A stretch of 64,000 nt of DNA from an uncultured delta proteobacterium. Its GTDB lineage: Bacteria > Desulfobacterota > Binatia > UBA9968. A program made the translations under genes and the position numbers. Position 1 is the first letter of the stretch; each line of letters opens with the position of its first letter. This document shows positions 57,295 through 64,000 of this stretch, one piece after another. The DNA is taken from assembly GCA_963745835.1 (NCBI GenBank), contig CAVUZH010000003.1, forward strand, positions 960,001-1,024,000. The letters are read 5' to 3'. The notes below the pieces were generated by a model. That model made no database searches. It had not been told where the DNA came from and worked only from the letters and a program-made list of their open reading frames with translations.

Positions 57295-58908
57295 CTATAG
57301 AGCTTGATCGATAACGATGTCAATGTTCTTGGCGCCGACATCGATCGGCGCCTGGTAATTCCCTATCAAATCTCCTGGTGTCCGCGTTGTCGGATTGCCA
57401 TCCTGGTCTAAGCGGGCGCTTAAATTGATTTTGCCGGTGAACGGGGTTCCCTGCATCATGACGTTGTCGGCGCCAATGACATACGACAACGGAAAAACCG
57501 GCTGATCGATTTTCTTGACCGCAAGCGGCGGTCCTCCTCCCGAACCGGCGGGCCTTGCGATGATGAACAAGGTCGCCTTGCTGTTCATTCCTTTGAACTT
57601 CGAGCCGAGAGTGATTTTGCCGCTGACGGTTTGCTTCGAAGCCGGCGAAGACGCGGCGGGGACTTGTCCGGCATCGCTACCCGGCGGGGGAAACGATGCG
57701 ACGATTTTTTCTATCTCGGCTCTGTCCTCGCCCGGCGGAATGAGCTGCAATAACCGCTGTAACACCACCCGCGCCGCCGCGTAATCCTTCTTCTCGCGAT
57801 ACAGGATCATTCCTTTGCCCCAGAGCGCCATAGGATAATTCGGCGCTTGCGCTAGAGCTCGATCGAAAGCCATCATTGCGCCATCGGCATGACCCGCCTG
57901 AATGAGTATCATGCCCATGTAGCTGTGCGCCTCAGGCTGGTTAGGATCGTTCTCTAAAACTTTCTTGAATGATTCGATAGCTTTGGGAAAATCCTGTTTC
58001 GCAAATGCTCTCTTGCCCTCTTCCAAAGCGGAACGCGTCGCGGCATCGGCAGGCATAGTGCCGGTGAGAAAATCTCCGGTCATCGAGTCCTGCTCAGAGG
58101 TGCGTGGTCGTAAGGACTGGGTCAACAATACGCCGAGAGCTAGACCGAAGAGAAGAAGCAAGGCTCCACCTGTAGCCAATTGCCAGCGGTGAAACCGACT
58201 TCGGCTTGGGCTCTCTGGCCGCCGGGCTGGCTTATCTTTTACTGGTGCTTTGACCGCCGGCTCCGGTGGTAGTGCGCTTAGCTGTTGTAGAACCACTGCT
58301 TGCTTGCCTTCCACCTCGCTTCTTAAAGCGCCGTAATCGGCTTGTGAAAGTTTGCCGGATTCAAAATCGAATTCCAGTTCTGTTAACTCGTCGGCGAGCC
58401 GGATGTTTTCACGCGCCAACTGCGCTCTTGTAGTAGGATTGTCGACATCCGGCACTTCAACATTTTTAACATTTATTTCTTGGCCTAACCCGGCGGCAAA
58501 CCTAGGATCAATCTCAGAAGCAACGCGGTGCGCCTTTCTTGCCGCCCAGCGGCGCGCAAGCAACAGAGCGGTAATCACTCCGATGATCAGGACAGTCAGC
58601 GGTAACCACCATAGAAGTCGGTTGAATCCGGCATTAGTCGGCGCCAATAGCACCCACTCGCCGTATTTCGACACAAAGAAATCTTTGATCTCCTGCGGAG
58701 ACTTGCCGGCCTGTAGCTGCTCGCGAACACTAGCCCGCATCTGCTGCGCCATTTCGGACGGCGAGTCAGCCACCGAGAGATTCTGGCAAACCACACAGCG
58801 CAGTTCCGCAGAAATCGCCCGAGTCTGTTCCTCGATTTCCGGTGCCGGCGCGGCTTGGAGTCCGCCGCCTAGAAGAGTAAGTAAAATGAGAATGATGCGA
58901 AAAGCCAT
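57295..58908 (-). CDS. ccmH: Cytochrome c biogenesis CcmH/CcmI fusion with TPR repeats
   Basis: LRCVVCQN, YGEWVL, TPR region, C-terminal PPLAVK...ARLDQDG domain; start moved to ATG 58908. Confidence 0.88.
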   Translation of the reverse strand: MAFRIILILLTLLGGGLQAAPAPEIEEQTRAISAELRCVVCQNLSVADSPSEMAQQMRASVREQLQAGKSPQEIKDFFVSKYGEWVLLAPTNAGFNRLLWWLPLTVLIIGVITALLLARRWAARKAHRVASEIDPRFAAGLGQEINVKNVEVPDVDNPTTRAQLARENIRLADELTELEFDFESGKLSQADYGALRSEVEGKQAVVLQQLSALPPEPAVKAPVKDKPARRPESPSRSRFHRWQLATGGALLLLFGLALGVLLTQSLRPRTSEQDSMTGDFLTGTMPADAATRSALEEGKRAFAKQDFPKAIESFKKVLENDPNQPEAHSYMGMILIQAGHADGAMMAFDRALAQAPNYPMALWGKGMILYREKKDYAAARVVLQRLLQLIPPGEDRAEIEKIVASFPPPGSDAGQVPAASSPASKQTVSGKITLGSKFKGMNSKATLFIIARPAGSGGGPPLAVKKIDQPVFPLSYVIGADNVMMQGTPFTGKINLSARLDQDGNPTTRTPGDLIGNYQAPIDVGAKNIDIVIDQAL

Positions 58909-58912
58909 TGTT

Positions 58913-59479
58913 CTAACGTACGGATTGAAATTCGCCTCTTCCTTCCTTAGCGCTGACGACACTCTGTTGCGCTTCGAGCAGCTTCTCCGTCACCATGACG
59001 GCGCGGATACCGCCGACGTGTTTGTAGGTGATCCGCCCTTGGGGATCGATGAAAAAACTTTCCGGAATGCCCCAGACACCGTAATCTATCGCGATCTTGC
59101 CGGAAGCATCCTTGCCGTTGGGATAAGTTACCTCGAACTCTTTGAGAAATTCGAGTGATGCCTGATCGGTGTCCTGGAGCGCAACTCCGATAAAAATCAC
59201 GTTCTTTTCTTTCAGCTTTTGCCAAGCTGCTTCGAGGTCTCGCGCTTCGGCGCGGCACGGCGGGCACCAGGAAGCCCAAAAATTAAGAAATATGGCTTTG
59301 CCACGCAGATCTTCTAGCCGAAGCTTGCCGCCGTTGAAAAGCTCGATGGAAAACGGCGTCGCCGGTTTGGCCAGCAACGGCGAGGTAATGTAGCGCGCAT
59401 CACGGCTGAATCCGAACGCCAGCAACGCCAAGATTGGCGCAACGATCAATAAAGTAAGAGCGACTCGGCGCCAGGGCAT
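58913..59479 (-). CDS. ccmG: Thiol-disulfide oxidoreductase CcmG/TlpA
   Basis: NFWASWCPPC, YGVWGIPESFFID. Confidence 0.88.
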   Translation of the reverse strand: MPWRRVALTLLIVAPILALLAFGFSRDARYITSPLLAKPATPFSIELFNGGKLRLEDLRGKAIFLNFWASWCPPCRAEARDLEAAWQKLKEKNVIFIGVALQDTDQASLEFLKEFEVTYPNGKDASGKIAIDYGVWGIPESFFIDPQGRITYKHVGGIRAVMVTEKLLEAQQSVVSAKEGRGEFQSVR

Positions 59480-59688
59480 GTTAACCGACCTCGTTGCACG
59501 TGCAAGGGCAAAGCGTTTGCAAAAAAGTTTTCGTTCTTCGAAACTGCTTAGACATTCGCTTCATCCAGATATCGTAAAATTTCCAACCAGAGGAGGCAGC
59601 GACAAAAATCGGCTGGCAATAACTGCACTCCCGGTAACTTGGCGCACTCGCTTCCACACTTAGGCAAACTTAAGAATACGACGCCAGC

Positions 59689-61650
59689 TCATACCTCAGT
59701 TGAAGCGGGTTTGCACATCGGCCAGATCGTAACCAGCGTCCCAAAGGCGATCACGAAACCGCCGATCCACATCCACACGACCAACGGTCGCACCAGCACT
59801 TTCAAGGTCGCTTGGTTTTTATCGAGGTCGCTGAAACCGGATAAGATCAAATAGATATCCTCACTGGCGCTGCTGCGATGCACTGCCCGTCCGATCGGCG
59901 ATTGCTGGCTCGGGAAAAACTTGAGAGCCGGGGCTAACAGTCCGATTTCGGAGCCTTGCTTCAGCACTCGAAAGGCGCCTTCGACGCGAAAGTGGGTCGG
60001 CTGCTGGGAGCCGCGCAGCCCTTCAAACCGGATCTGGTAATTCGCAATCGAAAGACTTTCATTCAGTCCAAGCGTCGCCTCGCGTTCGACGCTGTAAGTC
60101 ATCGAACCGGCGATGCCCATGATGATCAACACTATCCCCAGGTGTACGACCAAGCCGCCGTAACGTCTTTGATTCCGCCGTGTGAGTGTAATCAGGCCGC
60201 GAATGATGCCTTCATTCGCAAGCCGGCGCCGCGCCCGTAAGGCGAGAGCGGTGTCATAAACAATCGTCATGACAACGAAGGCGAGCAAGGTAAAGCCGAG
60301 CAGCGGAAGAAAATCCTTCACCTTCCAAACAAACAAGACCAAACCGAACACGAGCGATCCGGTCGCCGGCCAGATAAAATTGCGCTTGAGATTGTCCCAT
60401 GAAGCTCGCCGCCAGGCGATCATCGGACCGACGCCCATGAGAAACACCAAGAAGAGGAAGAGGGGAACGGTGACCGAATTGAAATAGGGCGCGCCGACGC
60501 TGACTTGCACCCCGGCAACCGCTTCGGATAACAGCGGAAAGATAGTGCCGAGAAAGATCGTAAAGAGAGCGGAAACCAGCACGATATTGTTTAATAGGAA
60601 GGCCGATTCCCGGCTGACCATCGAGTCCAGTTCAGGCTGCTCTTTCAACATATCAGAGCGGTAGGCGAGCAATCCGAACGAAGCTAATAAAACAAAGGCG
60701 AGAAAGCCCAGGAAAAAAATTCCAACCGGTCCGGAAGAGAACGCGTGGATCGATGAAAGAATGCCGGAGCGGGTGAGAAATGTTCCGAAGATTGTCAGGC
60801 TGAAGGCGATGATGATCAAAGAAAGATTCCACACTTTAAGCATCCGGCGCCGCTCCTGGACCTGAATCGAATGTAAGAATGCCGTGGCCGGCAACCAGGG
60901 CATGAACGCGGCATTCTCGACCGGGTCCCATGCCCAATAACCGCCCCAACCCAAGACATGGTAGGACCACCACGCGCCAACCAGATTTCCGGCGGTCAGA
61001 AAGAACCACGCGATGATGGTCCAGCGGCGGGTTGTGGTGATCCATGCTTCGTCTAATTTACCGACGATCAGCGCCGCTATAGCAAAGGCGAAAGGCACCG
61101 TCAGGCCTACGAACCCGGTGTAGAGTAGCGGCGGATGAGTCATCATGTTGGCGTCTTCCAGGAGCGGATTTAAACCGCGCCCGTCGGCAGGCACCGGAGA
61201 AAGAGTTTCGAACGGATTTGAAACAAAGGCGATGACGGCCAGAAAAAAGAAAGAGACAATCGAGAAGACCATGAGCACCCATGGCAGGGTCTCCTTGTGA
61301 CGGCCGCGATAGATCCATGCAACCAGACCGGAAAAAATTATCAAAATCCATTGCCAAAGCAGCAGAGAACCCTCTAACGCGCCCCATAATCCGGTTACGC
61401 GGTAATAAATCGGCGTAGCCCGGGTGGTGTTGAACGCAACATAGCGAACGGAGAAATCTGCCGACACTAAGGCATAAATCAAGGCCGAGGCGGCTACCGT
61501 CACAAAAACGAATTGCACCGAAATGGCGCGACCAATGACAGACGAATACCTTGCGTGACGGCCGCGCGAAGAGAGTATCGGCGCGACGATTCCGGCGGCG
61601 GCAGCCACCAGGGCGATCAGGACACTGATATAGCCGATGGTTGCGGTCAC
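59689..61650 (-). CDS. ccmF: Heme lyase CcmF
   Basis: WGALEGS, HPPLLY, WGGYWAWDPVEN, RSGILSSIHAF. Confidence 0.96.
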   Translation of the reverse strand: MTATIGYISVLIALVAAAAGIVAPILSSRGRHARYSSVIGRAISVQFVFVTVAASALIYALVSADFSVRYVAFNTTRATPIYYRVTGLWGALEGSLLLWQWILIIFSGLVAWIYRGRHKETLPWVLMVFSIVSFFFLAVIAFVSNPFETLSPVPADGRGLNPLLEDANMMTHPPLLYTGFVGLTVPFAFAIAALIVGKLDEAWITTTRRWTIIAWFFLTAGNLVGAWWSYHVLGWGGYWAWDPVENAAFMPWLPATAFLHSIQVQERRRMLKVWNLSLIIIAFSLTIFGTFLTRSGILSSIHAFSSGPVGIFFLGFLAFVLLASFGLLAYRSDMLKEQPELDSMVSRESAFLLNNIVLVSALFTIFLGTIFPLLSEAVAGVQVSVGAPYFNSVTVPLFLFLVFLMGVGPMIAWRRASWDNLKRNFIWPATGSLVFGLVLFVWKVKDFLPLLGFTLLAFVVMTIVYDTALALRARRRLANEGIIRGLITLTRRNQRRYGGLVVHLGIVLIIMGIAGSMTYSVEREATLGLNESLSIANYQIRFEGLRGSQQPTHFRVEGAFRVLKQGSEIGLLAPALKFFPSQQSPIGRAVHRSSASEDIYLILSGFSDLDKNQATLKVLVRPLVVWMWIGGFVIAFGTLVTIWPMCKPASTEV

Positions 61651-62090
61651 TTAGCTGTGTATTCCTTACCCGGGACAAAACTGTTCGGCGCGCCCTGAGT
61701 GCCCTCATGCGGGCTGTACTCTTCGGCATGCTTGGCCATGATAGTCGATGCTTGAAACACCCCGTCCTTGCCGACGCGGCCTTCGACCACCGCGCCGGTT
61801 CCCTCTCTAAAGAGGTCAGGTGGCACTCCGCGAAAAAAGACCGGGAACGCGCTCGCGCCATCGGTGAGTTCAAACTTGTAGGTAAGATTCTTTACGTCTT
61901 TCTGCAGTGAACCTTTAACGACCATACCGCCCATGCGCAAAAACTTGTCCGCCGAGGATGTTTCCTTAGCTTTAAGTTCAGAGGGGGTGACGAAATAAAC
62001 CAGCGCCTGCTGCATGCCGCCGTAGATGACGTAGGACAGCGCCGCCAGTATTATCACCCCGCCGATCAGAAAACGTCTATTTTTTGCCAT
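61647..62090 (-). CDS. ccmE: Heme chaperone CcmE
   Basis: YFVTPSE, RMGGMV, PDLFREG, AKHAEEY; start moved to ATG 62090. Confidence 0.93.
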   Translation of the reverse strand: MAKNRRFLIGGVIILAALSYVIYGGMQQALVYFVTPSELKAKETSSADKFLRMGGMVVKGSLQKDVKNLTYKFELTDGASAFPVFFRGVPPDLFREGTGAVVEGRVGKDGVFQASTIMAKHAEEYSPHEGTQGAPNSFVPGKEYTAK

Positions 62091-62232
62091 GATCAGAAGA
62101 CTCCTCAGTTGCACGCAGTTGCATCAGCTCCTCTTCCGCGCACCGGACGCGGCGCTTCAGCGCAAACAGGTAAGTCACGATGAAGCCCCAGACAATGCCG
62201 TAAGCTAGAAAGACAAATCCCCAAGAGCCCAC
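62077..62232 (-). CDS. ccmD: Heme exporter protein CcmD (51 aa, not in the ORF track)
   Basis: GTG overlapping the ccmC stop; MGSWGFVFLAYGIVWGFIVTYLFALKRRVRCAEEEL...; position between ccmC and ccmE. Confidence 0.85.
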   Translation of the reverse strand: MGSWGFVFLAYGIVWGFIVTYLFALKRRVRCAEEELMQLRATEESSDHGKK

Positions 62233-62939
62233 TAATAGGCTCCTTGGTTAAGCCGGCGAGTCTTGATTTCGCTTCGTACTTCACCGAGACGGAGGCGAAG
62301 CGAAAGAAGATAAAAATAGAGCAGAAGGAATCCAACAAAATTGATCGCCAGGGCAGTCAACATTGCCGGATGAACATTCTCCCATGGAAGCTTATCAGGC
62401 CGCAGGATCGACGGCGGCTGATGCAGGGTGCGCCACCAGTACACCGACATATGGATCAATGGAATGTCGAGAAAACCGATAATCCCAAGGATGGCGGCAG
62501 ATAATGCGGCGCGATCTTCATCGTCAATCAGAGAGCGAAGCATCAAGTATCCACTATAAATCAAGAGCAGAATGGCCGTTAACGTCAAGCGGGCATCCCA
62601 GGTCCACCAGACGCCCCAGGTCGGCTTGCCCCAGATTGACCCTTCGATGATGGTCAATGCGGTGAAAAGGACGCCGAGCTCAGCGGCTGAATGAGCTAGA
62701 TTATCATCCCGCTTTTCACGTTTCCATAAGTACAGGCAGCTACCGATAAAAACCAGGAAGAAGGAAAGGTAGGCGGTAAGAATACTCGGCAAATGAAGAT
62801 ACATGATGCGCTGGACATCGCCCTGAAGAGCATCACGGGGCGCTTGTACGAGCGCCCAGTAGAGCCCAAACGCAATCGTGATCAGCGCCAAAGCGCCGAG
62901 AAACCTGGCGCGACTTTTTTGGGGCTGCTCTTTTTTCAT
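62232..62939 (-). CDS. ccmC: Heme exporter CcmC
   Basis: IMYLHLP, WGKPTWGVWWTWDARLT, SVYWWRTLHQ. Confidence 0.96.
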   Translation of the reverse strand: MKKEQPQKSRARFLGALALITIAFGLYWALVQAPRDALQGDVQRIMYLHLPSILTAYLSFFLVFIGSCLYLWKREKRDDNLAHSAAELGVLFTALTIIEGSIWGKPTWGVWWTWDARLTLTAILLLIYSGYLMLRSLIDDEDRAALSAAILGIIGFLDIPLIHMSVYWWRTLHQPPSILRPDKLPWENVHPAMLTALAINFVGFLLLYFYLLSLRLRLGEVRSEIKTRRLNQGAY

Positions 62940-63616
62940 TAGATTTCGATCACCCAGTCGAATACCAGCACTCCTAACGTCAAAAATATCACATCAAATC
63001 CGATAAGAAGACGCAACCACGGAAGCGCGTCGCCGATCTCGCCAGCCCGAAGCACAGCTCCCAAGCACTGGATCGTTGCCAGAATGACCGGAATCATCAG
63101 CGGAAAGAGCACCAATGGAAGCAACAGTTCGCGAGCCCGGGCGCGTAAGGTTAATGCCGACATGACCGTGCCCAGCACGCAAAAACCTACGGTTCCCAAT
63201 AAGGCAATCAAGAAAACCTGGGGCACTAAAATCCATGTCTGCAGATTAAATAGTATCCAGAACAGCGGGATGATGACGAGCTCGACAAGCAGCATCAATA
63301 TAAAGTTCAAACAGGCTTTGGCCAGAAAGAGCGCGCCGCGGTCGAGAGGCGAAAGCAACAACGCATCGAGGCATTGATTCTCCCGCTCGGCGCCAAACAG
63401 TTGGGCGAGTCCTAGGGTTCCGGTAAACAGAAATGCGAGCCACAGGAGACCAGGGGCCATTTCCGAAACTCTATCCGGCACCAGATCGAAGGAGAGGTGA
63501 AAAACGAAGAGCAGGAGTGTGCCGAAGAAAAACATAGTCAGCAGGCTGTCGCGCCGGCGCAGTTGCAAAATCAGATCTTTGCGCAGGACGAGATAGGTTT
63601 CTCGGAGCAGCTTCAT
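62939..63616 (-). CDS. ccmB: Heme exporter CcmB
   Basis: RKDL, PGLLWLA, LDALLLSP, RELLLPLVLFPL. Confidence 0.93.
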   Translation of the reverse strand: MKLLRETYLVLRKDLILQLRRRDSLLTMFFFGTLLLFVFHLSFDLVPDRVSEMAPGLLWLAFLFTGTLGLAQLFGAERENQCLDALLLSPLDRGALFLAKACLNFILMLLVELVIIPLFWILFNLQTWILVPQVFLIALLGTVGFCVLGTVMSALTLRARARELLLPLVLFPLMIPVILATIQCLGAVLRAGEIGDALPWLRLLIGFDVIFLTLGVLVFDWVIEI

Positions 63617-64000
63617 GCTTCTCCATGCGGCAAAAATTCCCGGAAAGCCTGGTCGAAATCGGGCCAGGGTTGTTGGCGCGGCGCGTTGAAAGTCATTCGC
63701 CCCTGGTGGAGGATGATCGCGCGACTACAGATCTTCAGCACGCGCGAAACATGATGCGAGGCCAGAATCACAAGATTGCCTTTCCGGCAGTGAGCCTTGA
63801 GAAATTCTTCGAGCAGATCAACGCCGCTGCCATCGAGCACTCCGTAGGGTTCGTCGAGCAACAGCAGTCCCGGTTTGAGCAAATCCCATTTGGCTATCGA
63901 GAGACGGCACTTCATCCCGCTGGACAGTGTCGATACGAATTCGTCGGCTCGGTCGCTGAGATCCACCGATGCGAGCGCCGAACTGATATTACTGGCATCG
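63613..64000 (-). CDS. ccmA: Heme exporter ATP-binding protein CcmA, 5'-truncated
   Basis: LSSGMKCRL, LLLDEP; frame open to the window edge; precedes ccmB. Confidence 0.85.
   Translation of the reverse strand, partial: DASNISSALASVDLSDRADEFVSTLSSGMKCRLSIAKWDLLKPGLLLLDEPYGVLDGSGVDLLEEFLKAHCRKGNLVILASHHVSRVLKICSRAIILHQGRMTFNAPRQQPWPDFDQAFREFLPHGEA

Noticed and set aside
265-63754. The many 60-270 aa ORFs antisense to or overlapping well-supported genes (e.g. 8810..9364, 45452..46129, 51131..51907, 58352..59158, 61058..61873)
   Set aside because: Shadow ORFs with no motifs, typical of moderately GC-rich coding DNA
1-64000. CRISPR array, integrase, transposase, retron or prophage
   Set aside because: No regularly spaced direct repeats and no recognisable Cas, RT, integrase or phage proteins seen; the intergenic gaps are short

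Overview
64 kb of chromosomal DNA from a roughly 52-55% GC (estimated by eye) deltaproteobacterial-type bacterium. The many LLM oxidoreductases, amidohydrolases and a Bug/TctC remnant suggest Candidatus Binatia, which is inference only. Content is mostly housekeeping and metabolic: rpoH, coxGMS-like genes, a NEW3-domain ABC system, trmL/dtd, lgt, aroE, prkA-yeaH-spoVR, an RfaH-like factor, a PDZ/multi-TM/GAF histidine kinase with a di-iron enzyme, the PDH operon, tRNA-Met, tRNA-Leu, thrB, cspA-nuoB, ispB-menG, puuD, valS-nadC-birA-coaX-EF-G-like, a catabolic cluster and a ccmABCDEFGH operon cut by the right edge. I saw no CRISPR array, integrase, transposase or prophage. trmL and valS each carry a single-base frameshift, most likely an assembly indel. 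The best candidates for undescribed systems are (1) the RfaH-like / orphan PDZ-membrane kinase / di-iron enzyme / Bfd-type ferredoxin locus, (2) a stand-alone nuoB between two cold-shock-fold genes facing a quinone-synthesis operon, (3) a split PuuD + cytochrome c pair, (4) a receiver-domain protein at the romR/popZ position before valS, (5) a degenerate Schlafen-ATPase inside a housekeeping gene run and (6) a uORF/hairpin leader on prkA. All family calls come from motif recognition by eye; no database search was run.
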